Source of the DNA: Cystobasidiomycetes sp. EMM_F5
Lineage: Eukaryota
Reading direction: 5' to 3'
Assembly (NCBI GenBank): GCA_051047955.1
Contig: JBPGPT010000003.1
Span: forward strand, 372,001-436,000
DNA: 64,000 bases
The stretch's first letter is position 1. Every line of letters begins with the position of its first letter. A program made the translations under genes and the position numbers. Shown here piece by piece: positions 24,143-36,556 of the stretch. Under the pieces are notes generated by a model that did no database searches, had not been told where the DNA came from, and saw only the letters and a list, made by a program, of their open reading frames with translations.

Positions 24143-26011
24143 ATGGCTACCCCAGTCGTGGTCGTTAGCCATCCGGGCGCCCCAGTCAGCGATGGTGTCA
24201 GTCAGAATGCCCTTGCGGCTTCGACGCCAGTCACTTACAACAATGGCTTGTATACCCCTTGGACCCCAACATCTGCAGCAGTGGTAACGCCTGCTGTTGT
24301 GACAGCGACTGTCCCAACAACAGCTGCCGTCGTTAGCTCTCCTCAGCTACCAAGTGTGATTGTCTCCCCGTCGTCAGCCGCAACAGTACCGAGTCCCGTC
24401 ACCTCCTCACTTCCCCAGCCCAGCACCGTGGCGGTCGCAACGTCCACTGCCATTATGACTACGCCGACTGTCACGTTTGCATCAGTAGTGTCCTCGTCGT
24501 TGAGTCCTACCACTGTAACATCGGAGCCGGCCTCAACGTCTTCTGCTGCGAGTGAATCGGACTCGACTACCTCTGATACCTCAACATCCGCGACATCCTC
24601 GACCTCAAGTCTGTCTGCGTTTGATGCTGACTCGAAGGGTTCTGGGAAAGCTTCCGGCACAAATGTGGCAATACCAGCAGTAGTGTCCTTGCTAGTGCTG
24701 GCTATGCTTGTCATCGGAGCATGGGTTTTCGCGAAGCGGAGAAAGGCGAAACGTAGCTGGTCGGAAGCTCGCCGCTATGACGACGACGAAGCAGAAAAGA
24801 CACAATATGGATACAATGACAAAGGCACAGACACAGTGACTGGCGCCGCGGCTTGGACGACTTTCTCGAATCCAGCGCCGTACGACGATCCTTACAATGC
24901 CGTTGCGGGCGGGTCTAGTCATTACGAAACACAATACAACGCCCATAGAGGTGGACTTGGTTGGCAGAATGGCTCAAACGACCAGAATGGAGTAGCTCCA
25001 GGGGCACCATCTTTGCCTCCGGCCCGCGATGCTGCCCTTAATGAAATGATGGCAGATTCGCGGCGTGGGTATGAGCCATATCAGCAGCCTCCTCAACGCC
25101 AAAATAGCGTTCGCAATGCAGCCGTTGCACTCTACTCATCTCTGTCGGCAAGAAACAAGCGATTTGGAACAGGCGGAAGCGTAGCATCTCGATTCGATCA
25201 AGGTGCAGGTCACTGGGACGATCAAGGCATCTGGCATGCTGACAAAGCCCAGATAGTAGCCAATCATTACGGCACAACAGGATTCTCGCACGCTGCTGGC
25301 TCGGATGCCCCCGAGAGGCCCCTCTTGTCATGTGTTGACGAAACGCCCAGGAAATCACGCAACGCTTCCCACCGAAAGATGCCGGCTACTTATGCAGAAT
25401 CGCCAACCACAACGAGTCCCCCACGTTACCCCTCTCCAGGTGTTCTGCAGTCTAAAGCTCGGAGCCAAGGAGCTTCTATGTCAAGCACGCATGATCCTGG
25501 CTTAGACTCACCATCTCTGTACTCTCCGTCTGCGTATGGCTATGGGGTCAGCTCACCCAGCTCGACGTTCCCAGACTCACTTCAGCCAGGGCGATCTCCC
25601 GGTTTCAGCAGTCGACCAGCATCACCAGCAGTTGGTCGGAATCCACTCGCATCTAGTACAGCATCAGGGACAACGTACTCGTTGGGCGGAGTTGCAGGTT
25701 TACTGTACGGCGGCAACACCCAGGCAGATGTTGGCGATGCCGGCTTGACAGCAGTCCCGCAGCGGAAATCCAGGAAGAAGTCTGCCATCGTTAAAGCACG
25801 ATCTCCGTTGGCACAAGACGACGACGACAGTCCTCACAGAGCCATTAGCCGCGTAGTGAAAGCATCTCGGGAGCGTTCAGATTCTACGAGCGATCGCAAC
25901 AGCCGTGCGTCAGATTGGAGCGATCGCGTACGCTACTTACGACCATCTAATAGTCAGGAGTCAATAAACAATCTGCTGTCTGATGTCCTAGGAACAGCGA
26001 GACACTCATAA
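24143..26011 (+). CDS. Ser/Thr-rich single-pass membrane protein (cell-surface sensor-like)
   Basis: 622-aa ORF: S/T/P-rich ectodomain, TM helix VAIPAVVSLLVLAMLVIGAWVF followed by KRRKAKR, long disordered tail; true start may be upstream. Confidence 0.7.
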   Translation: MATPVVVVSHPGAPVSDGVSQNALAASTPVTYNNGLYTPWTPTSAAVVTPAVVTATVPTTAAVVSSPQLPSVIVSPSSAATVPSPVTSSLPQPSTVAVATSTAIMTTPTVTFASVVSSSLSPTTVTSEPASTSSAASESDSTTSDTSTSATSSTSSLSAFDADSKGSGKASGTNVAIPAVVSLLVLAMLVIGAWVFAKRRKAKRSWSEARRYDDDEAEKTQYGYNDKGTDTVTGAAAWTTFSNPAPYDDPYNAVAGGSSHYETQYNAHRGGLGWQNGSNDQNGVAPGAPSLPPARDAALNEMMADSRRGYEPYQQPPQRQNSVRNAAVALYSSLSARNKRFGTGGSVASRFDQGAGHWDDQGIWHADKAQIVANHYGTTGFSHAAGSDAPERPLLSCVDETPRKSRNASHRKMPATYAESPTTTSPPRYPSPGVLQSKARSQGASMSSTHDPGLDSPSLYSPSAYGYGVSSPSSTFPDSLQPGRSPGFSSRPASPAVGRNPLASSTASGTTYSLGGVAGLLYGGNTQADVGDAGLTAVPQRKSRKKSAIVKARSPLAQDDDDSPHRAISRVVKASRERSDSTSDRNSRASDWSDRVRYLRPSNSQESINNLLSDVLGTARHS

Positions 26012-26181
26012 TCGTCTGTACCCTGCCATTCCATGTAACATAGCTATATAGTCATCCGTCTTAGCGTAGACGACCATTGCTGTATTTAGTTCGATGGCAC
26101 AGCAGCCGACCTTCCAGCCGCACAACAACTTGAACACACCGTGACTACGTCTATACTGTGCGCGGTAGGTACACCGGTGTC

Positions 26182-28847
26182 TTAGAGATCCTTCTCCACC
26201 ATCGTGATACCCTCCTTCTCCACTTCAGCCATCAGAATGTCCACCAGTTTACGGTCATAAGGCGCCAGGACACCCGGTGTGTTGATGACACCGTCTAGCA
26301 CTAATTGCACAGCAATACCACAAGGCACACCAACGAGCTTCGCCATGGATGAGGGGCCTTCACCGCGATGGAAGGGTGCACCGTAGTCAAGCAGGGTAGA
26401 AGTGCGTGTAATGACAGAGCCATCGGCATTCTCGATCTCGAATCTGTGTTGCAACATCACCATGTCTTTCTCGCCAGCGGCGTACTCCATCTTCTGCTCT
26501 AACGTCGCACAGAGTGTATCCAAGAGGTTTCCACGCGCGTTTACAGGTTCTTCGGAAAACAGACCAATCCATCGTAGACCTTGTATAATTCGCTGTTCTT
26601 CGCTAGCGTCAGGGAAGGAGGCAAGGGAAGTAATTTTGGCGATGAGGTCGGATTCGGAGCTGGACGATGCACCGAGAGCCTGTCTAGTGACATCTGCCCA
26701 CTTGGCTTGGGTGCCTGGCTTGAGATAGTCCTTTGGTGACTCGTTGAGGAATCCAATTTGTACTAAGCATTTGATGAATTCCGGGAAGCCTTGATATCGC
26801 AGAGTACCTCGAATGACCGTGCCCGCCTCTGGGATGCTATATTTCTCACGGAAGCTGGTAGAATCGCGATTCGGGTAAGCCACGAAAGCGAAAGCTGGGT
26901 TGATGAAGTATGGCTTTGCTACGCCCATAAGGTCTTTGCCGTCAATCTCGACAAGCTCTCCAGCTTTGTAATATTTAGCTGAGTTGAGCAAAGCCAGCAA
27001 TACGCCCCGACTGGACCAAGAGAACTAGTGTGGGTGTGAATTAGAATGAGTACTGATAGATATCCCAAATGTCTGCTAACCTTGTATCCTAAGGGATTGT
27101 CAGCTGCACTAGGAGCCGGTAGACCACCTAACATGAAATCGACTTTAGCATTGTTGCAAAGGAAAGCATCAATATCAACTCACCGCAGTACGAAATGAAG
27201 GATCGAATCTTTCCGCCAGCTTTGTGTGTATCGTCAATTGTCTTGACTGCGTATAAGTGATCGATACCTGGGTCCAGACCAATTTCATTCATGACGACTA
27301 TGCCCGCTTCCTTGACGGCGGGTTCAAGCTCCTTCATCGCATCGGAAACGTAAGAGGTCGTCACGACATTCTTCTTGAACTTGATTGCAGACTTGATGAC
27401 GCGGGCGTGGTGGGTGTATGGAATGAGAGAGATGACCAGATCGTGCGCTGAGACTAGCTTGTCAAGCTGCTCGCTATCAGTCACGTCCAATGATGCAGCC
27501 TCCGCTGGGCGAGACAGTTGCTGTACAAAGTTTTGAGCGTTCTGTAGGGTAGAAGAGGCCACAGTGAGACTGTTTTCGGGGCGACGAAGAATATAGTCGG
27601 CGCAAGGCTGAGCTACAAATCCAGATCCTAGCAGGAGAATCTTCTTAGGTGCAGCCTGTTTTGCACCTTCGCTGATTTGGGGTCGTGCGGCGTCCACAAC
27701 CTTCTGTGCGAATGTCGGAAGAACGAAAGCGGCTCTGTGAACCTTTTCGTTGTAGTATCTGCAGTTGGCGACTTTGCGGAGAGGTATCTTGACATCCCTG
27801 GATGAATCCTTGCTGCATACAACGAAGCCAATGGTACCAGACGGGTACGTTGGTATGGACGTCCATCCCCATTCAACGACTGGGAAGAGTGATCGCATCG
27901 CCGACAAGACGTTGCTGATCAAGGGCAGGTTGTTCCACATGCATTCGCCCTGGGTTGAGATGTGACCTCCTTCACGTAGCGCTTCTTGCAGTAGTTGAAA
28001 GTATGGCTTTTCGAAGAGAGCTCCCGCCGGTCCTACTGGATCAGAAGAGTCTGTGATGATGCAATCGTACTGGTTTTGCTTGCCAGCAAGCCATTTAAAG
28101 CCGTCGCCAATGTGCACAATGACGCGAGGATCGTTGAAGCCAGCTGCCATGTGAGGGAGGAACTCCTTTGATGTTCGAGGAACTGCTTCGTCGATGTCTA
28201 CTAGTGTAGCCGTTTTGACTGACGGATGTTTCAGCACCTCTCGCAACACACCGCCGTCACCTCCGCCAATCACGAGAACATGCTGATTGATTGAGAATGG
28301 CAGAGAGTGTTCCGGAACAGGAGTCCACACAGAAGATGATTGCAGGTGTCAGGAGATGCGCACATGGATTGCGTCTAAATACCGCCCACCTCTGGGTATG
28401 GGTGCGATGCAAGCGGCAGATGGGCAATCTGCTCTTGATACGAAAACTGTTGTGTCGTATGTTAGGTAAGACGTTAGAGGTCATCAGGATAGACTAGATA
28501 TGCACACCTCATCATTCTCCACGCACTGGCGAAAGGAACGGCAACATCAGTTTTCTCGGATAATGTCGGTCGCGCATTCGTGGATTACCTGAATGGCGCC
28601 GTCTAGGACTAAAACATTACCATGGTTGGTCGACTTGAAGATTAGTACGTCCTGGCAATGAGAGCGAGGTGAGTTTCGTGTCTCTAAGGCAAGGCATCTT
28701 TGAATAGGCGGTCGAGCGTACCTGAAACTTGCTCTGTTCTGTATGGAGAATGCGCTCGACCTGGAGCGACGTTGCCTGACCTGGCCATTGCGAGTTCTTC
28801 TCCATGAACCAGCCGTCGCTGGTAATGAGCGGATGCGACAAAGCCAT
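26182..28847 (-). CDS. Spermidine synthase-saccharopine dehydrogenase (reductase) fusion, Spe-Sdh
   Basis: [40 protein letters not shown] run in one ORF into [44 protein letters not shown]. Confidence 0.96.
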
Positions 28848-29121
28848 GACTATGGTTCAATGTCTGTCGGAAATTTGTTCGGAGTTGTGCGAAATGAGAA
28901 CATCAGCCTAGCTCGGTATGCGGTGAGCAGGCCAGAGCAGGGTAACAGTGACTGACATTTGTCTTGGGCTGTAGCACCTCAGGAAATCAGCAAGAGTCAA
29001 GGAGCCAGCCAAAGCCAAACCTGCGCACAGTTGCGCGAGCGTGATCAACAAATTTTCAAGATGCCGATACAAATCCGAGCAGGTCATGAGAAGTCCCCTC
29101 AGGCCAAACAGTATCACGAGT

Positions 29122-30885
29122 ATGGTACAGCTGCCGAAGAAGAAGAAAAAGGGCAAGGAGCCTGCGACTCTGCAAAGTTATGACGAGTTTATCGAAGCCG
29201 CCGATGAGCAGGAGCGACAGGGTCTCCGGTTCCAGTTTGTGCGTCGCCAGTAAGAGGATGAGCCTGTGAAATGAAGCCAATAAGCTAATGTGACATTGTC
29301 TGTACAACCACGGGCAGGGCGACAAGAGTCAACGACACTACGACGAGGCCGCCAGATTATACGGTCAAGCGATTCGACTAGCAAAGCCAGATTCGGACGA
29401 GCTTCACGATGCGACGTTCAGCCTGTACGCTATTGAATGCAGCCACGCTGACTGGCAACCCAAGTTGATCTTCAAGAGTGATTTCGCAGTGCCCAAGTCC
29501 GATACACCCTGGCGACTGAAATATATTCGGAACCACAGTGTTATGAAGCGCTCTTCGAAAGCATTGCGCTCTATCGGCAATGTCTCATCTTATCGCCCAA
29601 ATTTATCGAGGCAGCTTTTAACCTCGCTCAAGCACTGCACACCCTCGGAGACTTTGTCTCGGATGGCGTAGACCGCTCATTGCCAATAGCCAGCACGTCG
29701 GCCGCTTCCGTCTGGACAGAAGCTAGATCACTATTGCAGCAGGTCGAGGACTTTCAGGCTGGGCAGTTGCGGGACGAAACCCTCCCTCAGCTTATGGCAG
29801 GCGATGAGCAACAGGCAGACACGCCGGATTCATTCATCGACCAAATCGACGCTCCAATAGAACAAGCAATGGCCGAGGAGACTCGTGTAGTCACACCGTC
29901 AACCGTCATTGAAACAATCCTGACTTCAATCGACGTGACTACCTCGATGCTTGATGTTATTGGTCCTGAAGCCGTTGCGACATTGGAGACACTTCTTGCA
30001 AAAGCGGTTTCACTCGATGCGAAAGACGGTTACATGCGTGTCGAAGTTATTCGAGCCAAACATGATATTATTCGCGAGGTGTCTAGTTGGCAAATGGCCA
30101 ATTCGCAAACACCTGACATGCAGTTGCTTCAAACAAGCATCGACGAGCAGCAGGCTGCTATCGCTAGCGGACCAAGGATCAAGGCACACCCATCTGCATA
30201 CAGCGACCTTGCAGATACGATCCTCGTCGCCGTAAACGTAGCAATGCAGACAGTAGATGCAAGTACGGATGTCATGAATATGCAGCTGTCCCGCGCATCT
30301 GACCTGTATGCCACCGCGAGAGAAATTCTTCAGGACTCTCTCAGACGAACCGCAGATATTCCATCGCATCATGTGGCAGCATTGACGAGCTCGAACTATT
30401 GCGCCGTCTGTGATGCACATCTAGTGCGTTCATGCCTAGCAGCACAACAACATGATCAACAAAGCTCGGCAATTGCGCTCGAAGCTGCTCGCAACGTTTC
30501 ACTCTCCGCACTAGATGTCTTGTCGGGGCCATTCAAAGTCGCCTCTTCGGTTGCAACAGTACAAATTCCGAATTTTTCCCGGATAGCGAAAGCGATCGCT
30601 CGAAACGACCGTCGAACGCTCTCTGCCTCCCGCGAAGCTGTTCTATGCATTTCACGTGCCTACCTGTTTCATTATATATGGAATGCTGCCCCGCAACAGC
30701 CAGAAGAGTTTCGGAATCTGCATGTTTTGCTGAAAGCTGTCTGGCCTGATCAGCAAGATAGAAGGACAGCCATGGAAAGCTATATCTCGCAGTTTGACGG
30801 AGGTGGCATATCGTATTTTGCCAGTATGCATTCTTGGCGAACCGAGGCGCAAGTATGGCAGGAGGTTATCACATCCATCGAATGA
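29122..30885 (+). CDS. Hypothetical alpha-helical (TPR-like) protein
   Basis: Lys-rich start MVQLPKKKKKGK, short 5' exons, then a 401-aa helical ORF; no recognised catalytic motif. Confidence 0.6.
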
Positions 30886-31025
30886 GATGTACAATTCGCT
30901 AGACCCCTCTTGTAGCATAGAACTTTACATGCGGCACTGAGAGCAATACGCCAGGACTCGTCTTAACGTCCATGAGCAATTTTGTCCAGTTTGTTTCTTC
31001 GTATTTCGCCGATACAGTCGCAACC

Positions 31026-32023
31026 ATGCAAGTGCGAATAGCTTTCGCTATGCCAGCCTACCGTTCTTCCTCGTCCTAACATCGTCACTGTCCTCATGCA
31101 GGTGCTGGACGTGCACGCAGGCTTTCTCTCCAATATGGAGGTGCTGCAATATCTCGAGGACGACGTTGCTCAGCAGGATAAAACGATAAATGCTTTCAAG
31201 AAGAAGCATATGCAGAAAGCAAATCAGCACAGTCCCGAGCCTGGCAAGCCTTACTTTGATTTCCAAGCAGCGGTATTGCAGGTAGTCCCAGACAATGTCA
31301 GAACGCTGCAAGTGGAGGTGCGTCTGCGCCTGAAAGCTCTTGGCTTTTGCGACTGACACGGCCCGCATATGAAGATGCTCAAGTATCTGAAACAGCAGGA
31401 CTTGCCAGCAAGCAGACAATCGCCAGCCGACCTCCAGCGCTTTATGGCAGACTTGAAGACTGTGCAAGCCATACCCGATGATCCGAAAGGCCGTGGAAGC
31501 AATGCTTTAACCAAGACCGAGAAGCTCATGCTCGTAAATCTATCTCCGACATCTCAAGTGGATCTCATCATCGTGAGCATTTTACTAGCATACAGAGAGA
31601 ATTTTCAATAAATGACCTTTGCGCCCGTAGATATGCGATGAATTGGAGAGACGCTTTTCAGAGGCTGCGCAGGAGCAATTGCTCGAAATCTGTATCAGAC
31701 ACTCAGCAGTGGGTAAAGCACAACAAATTGCGGCCGCCGATGCAGCATTGGACACCATCATGCAAGAGGAACTGGAAGCCAGTGCCGCTGAAACAAAGCA
31801 TGAGCAGGGCATGGAGCAAGCGGCAGAGGATGTCTATCGAGGCGAGGAGTATGCCCATCAGTTCGATATGCCGGACGAAGAAAACGACTTGGGTAAGAGC
31901 GAAGAGTCGACTCTACAGAGTGCAAGCGGTACTGACAGACTCTGCCTAGTCGACGAAACGTTTGGCGGCTCGGGAGGTCGAGAAATGGATGTTCGAGAGA
32001 TCGACGAGGTCAATGAAAGCTGA
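31026..32023 (+). CDS. RPC17: RNA polymerase III subunit C17 (Rpb4 family)
   Basis: FLSNMEVLQYL, NVRTLQVE..LKYL, LTKTEKLMLVNLSPTS, ELERRFS. Confidence 0.82.
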
Positions 32024-32163
32024 AACAATATCAAACATTGGTCTCTCGTCCTATTGCCAGCATCAATAGCTTCAACGAGAATCTGAGTGTTTGCGAATCT
32101 GGCAGGCATGCTACACTTGGTGATAAAGTCTGCTACATGATCGACGCACGGGCAAGCGCAACG

Positions 32164-35100
32164 TCAATAATCCATAGGCTCGGCTCCGCCTGCGACCGAT
32201 TCGTCCATATCGTTATAAGCACCAGCAAAGCGTCCATCCACACTACGCACACCTCCAACTCTATCAGTGCGCGTGGCGGCACCGCCCATGATGGTTCTGT
32301 CGTCTCGACGACGGTGATAGTTCGGGGCATTATCTCGCGGCTGTGCGCGTTGCGAGCCATCCCAGTAGGGCTCCGACGGAGGACCCTGATGAAGGCCATT
32401 TGCAGGAAGCGGGCGTGTCGGTATACTATGCCCAATCCGCATCAAGGGCTGCTGATAGCTCTGAGGAGGCTGTGAAGGAAGCATGTTACTCATTGGACCG
32501 CCATTCGCGTACGGCATATTGGCTTGAGCCCGCATGTAACCATTGGGACCCACGGGTCCACCACCGTTCCTATACACACAGAAGGTCAGTCGTGGGATGT
32601 CGCCGCGACAGTCGAGACTCACACTGTTGGTACGGCTGTATGCATCGGCGGTCTACCCAGTAGAGGATTTGGTGGTAGACCCGGTGGGCCACGGATTACG
32701 GGATGTACAGGGAATGGCAGAGGTTTAGACGGCATGGGTACGCCCGAAAGTTGTGGAGGTCCTGTAGACGGCATGGGTACGCCCGAAACTTGTGGAGGTC
32801 CTGGTCTGCTCCAAAGTGCTTGTCCATTGACCTGCTGAGCTTGAGAAACCATCGCCATCGGCACTGGCGCTTGCAATTGCGGCTGGACTTGTGGAGGCAG
32901 TTTGACCAATTCGTTTGGCCCGCGGAACGCTGCTTGTTGTGCAGCGCGACCGCGGTCACCGCCTCTGCCTTCCTGATTCTCGGCAACTTTCCGCTTATCA
33001 TACTCGTGCGATGAAGGGAAAAGATCAATGTTACCAATCTCGGCCGGCAAAGGATATGTCCAGAACCAATCGTGATCCAGAGCCTCGTCTGCCGTCAGCC
33101 GACCAGCAGGATCAAGGACAAGTAGCTTGTCCATAAGGTCGGCAAGTTCAGCACTGAAACGCGTAAATTCGGGTACTACCACACGCTGAGCGGGGTTCAA
33201 TTGTATATTGCGGCTTTCTGGCATTGCTGCCAGTCCAGGCATGGAGATCTCGTCAATGGTCCCGCACATCTGCACGATGCAAGCTACTTGGTTGATATCG
33301 CTGGATCCAGTGAATATGGGATGTCTGAAGAACATTTCCCCAATCACACACGCGACGCCCCACATGTCAATTGGCTTTCCGTACGCTTTGAGTCCTAGCA
33401 GCAGTTCCGGAGGCCGATACCAACGCGTGACGACGCAGTTAGTATATTCCTGGGCAGTATATCAGCTAAACGCAAAGCCGATTCATAGCAGAAACACCTT
33501 ACCCTTGTTTTGTCGGGTGCAGTCTGCTCGATGCTCCTTGCAAGCCCAAAATCTGCTATTTGCAATCTACCATCATCGGCTATCAGAAGGTTGGCAGCCT
33601 TCATATCGCGGTGCAGAATATTATTCGAATGGAGATACGAGGTGCCATCTAGCAACTGTCGCGCATAGAGCTTGAGCAAAGAAGGCTCAAGTCGCTCTAT
33701 TTTGCGGTTTTCGAGCAGGCCGGCCAGGTCGTGCGCCATGTATGGAAACACCATGTAGACAGTGCCTCGCCGTAGCGCATCGTAGTCACCTGCCGATTAA
33801 AAGTATAGTAAGGCGCATGTGCGAGACACATTAGGCAAGTCCACGCACCAGGTTGGAAAGCCATGTCTACGAGCGGAACGATGTTCGGATGATCCAGGGA
33901 TTTCAATATGCGAATTTCGCGTAGAGCGGTTATAGGCACTCCATCGAGGTCATTGTGCATGACGATCTTCTTCAATGCCACTACCTGACCTTCCCTGACC
34001 TTGGATCTTTGCCAATCCTCCTCATTGCATTCGCTGCCGCCGCTGGCTAGTTCCCCTTGGGTTCGTGCGCGCAACTTCCAGGACCGCTTCTTACGACAGA
34101 CAACCGAGTCCGTAAGGGGAGGAGAAACACTCCCGCCAGTGGGATATTGTCTTACGCTGCCCGTTTTTCGGATGGCTTTGTGCACAACGCCAAAGGTCCC
34201 TTCTCCCACTTTCTCCTCGAGGATGTAGTCGTCGAGTTGTGATGAGCCGAAAAGAACATACTGCCGTTCAACAAGCGAAGGCAACACGCGAGGTTCGCTT
34301 GCAGGTGCTTCTAACTCCACATCCGCGGGCGCAACATCAATGTCCAAAGCGTTAGCGGGAGTAGTTTCGGATAACAATTTGTCTGCTTGTGGTTCTGAAA
34401 CAACTGTCGGGCTTTGGAGAAAGAAAGGTGTTGCAACAACTTGTTGAGGCTGAACCACCATCGGAATCTGCTGTTTGGCAGTGTCATGCGAGAGCTGAGA
34501 CTGAGAAGCGTCCGCTTTTGGCGGCAAGCCTGCAGCATCATGATCGTACGGTGTGGGTGCAACAGACTGTTTGCCCGCAAGTTCGCGTGATGGATGCCTG
34601 GGTGCACCTGGATCCATCGGCGTAAGATGGTTAGATCTCGGCGACCGCAGACGATCTCTCCGCAGATGACCCGGCTCGTCCCAGTCATCTACTCTCGGAT
34701 CCTCAACCTGAAGCGGTAGGTCTGATTTCTGGTTGCTGTCAACTCGGGTGCCCTGCTTATTGCGCGCGTAAGAAGTCTCAGCACGGGGTGATCTGTACCT
34801 CTCGCCATACGCGCGATCGCTCTGTCGATAACTGTCTCCATCGCCATCGCGGTACGCGCGCCTACTACTATCACGGCCGGGAGATCTTGAACGTGATCTC
34901 CGACTATAGTAATCCCCTCGAGCCGGCCGGTGAGAGTCTGAGTGGTAAGTCGGGTCATAGTGCTGTCGCCAATAGTGTTCCTGTCGCGGATCGTAACGCA
35001 AGTCACGCTCATCGTGCCTATTATCCCTTCCGTGATTGTACCTGTATGGACTGTATCTGCCGCCTGATGGAGATCCAGTGTCCCATGTAGAGCCTCCGCC

Positions 35101-36114
35101 ATGACGACTGTATTTTCTGTCATCGTCATCGTCATTGTATGCTTTGTGACGACGGTAGTCGTCGTTAGCATTCTCAGCGGAGGGCAGGTGCTGCTCGCGA
35201 CCGCGACCTAATGCGCGACCCTGAAGCGAGATTTCCGGTTTGCGGCAGCTTGCAGGTCTCCCTGAAGGTACACCCTGTTCATTATCTGCTTTCCGCCGCT
35301 TGCGATCACGCTCGTCTTCGCTCTGCTCATCGGCTGGGATGCTTTGCCTGTCGATGCTTATAGACGATGATTGTTTTACTGGTAGCGATTCATTTGCGTG
35401 GCCTGCCAACGACGTCTTTTCGACTCGAGATGCATGACTCGGAATGTCAATCTCTTCATCTTCTTCACCTTCCTCCCTCTCCTCCTGGCGATGTTTGCCC
35501 TTCAGTGACAGTATCGGTGATGACGCAGTAGACGTGGATGTAGCGCCGACAGAATCAGCTTGCAAGGCGTTCATGGGCTGTCGCAAACCAGAGAGAGCCG
35601 AAGACGGAGAGGACGGCCTCGATGGAAAGCTTGGCTTGGAAAGATCCGGGATTGCTCGTTGACCGCTAGGCGGGGTAGGCCTGGAGTAGCCCCCCGAACC
35701 AGCGCCATTATGCGTGATTTTCGGTATAATATCAAGCCGAGCTGGCAGCGTATGCGACGTGTCTAGTCCGCTTGAAGGGGCCTTGGGTTTGAATGGGAAC
35801 GGAACAGCTTTACCCGCAGCGGATGCACTCGTCAGCGGTTTTGGTGGAAGTGCGATGCTTGCTCTGGAAAGGGAGCTGGAGGGTTGCTGGATCCCAGACA
35901 TGGCCGTAGAGATTTCGTCGGCCTGCCCACGCTGACGACCTGAAGCTGGCTCTGCACCGCGACCCCGAATAGATATGGCAGAGTTGGGCTTTAGGACCGT
36001 CGGACTATCAATTGATGCTGGGATTGCAGCCGCGCTCCCAAGTGCTGCTGCACCTTTAATCGCGAGTCCCAGGCTGCTCCGTTGACCGCCGACAGACTGG
36101 TCGTGTCCGGACAT
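32164..36114 (-). CDS. BUR1: Cyclin-dependent kinase Bur1/CDK9 family
   Basis: [59 protein letters not shown]; long RS-rich disordered N-terminus. Confidence 0.9.
32726..32803. repeat. Two-copy 39-bp coding tandem repeat in the kinase C-tail
   Basis: TAGACGGCATGGGTACGCCCGAAA[G/C]TTGTGGAGGTCCTG x2, encoding GPPQ(V/L)SGVPMPS. Confidence 0.9.
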
Positions 36115-36556
36115 GCAAAGTGGAGATACTTGAGCTCTGAACCGCCTTGTTCACAGAGTCAGAGGTCGTTCCTCAACGAGCACTGTCGAATTGTGCTTTT
36201 GCTGAATGGAGCTCAGCAAAAATGTAGACTGTCGCGAACCCAGCCTGGCGTGTCGAGCATAACATTGCCAGACCGCGACCGAAGCACAGCGTTGCAGTGA
36301 ACGAGCTGCCGCTGAGATGTCCACGGTGTTGTAAACGGGCAGCAGTTACCCGCTTGAAGAAAGGAGAGCAGGACCTTCTTGATCAAGTTTGTACGAAAGT
36401 TGCGTTTTTTTTGGTCAGATGTCCACGCTTTCTCGTCTGCTACATACTGCACATCCTGGCGTTTCCCTCGCTCTGAAGCTGTGATTTCCAGCGCCGCTCG
36501 CTGTCCACTGCCAAACTTCGCCAACAAGAATTTGGCATTGCGAAAAACCGGTCAAT

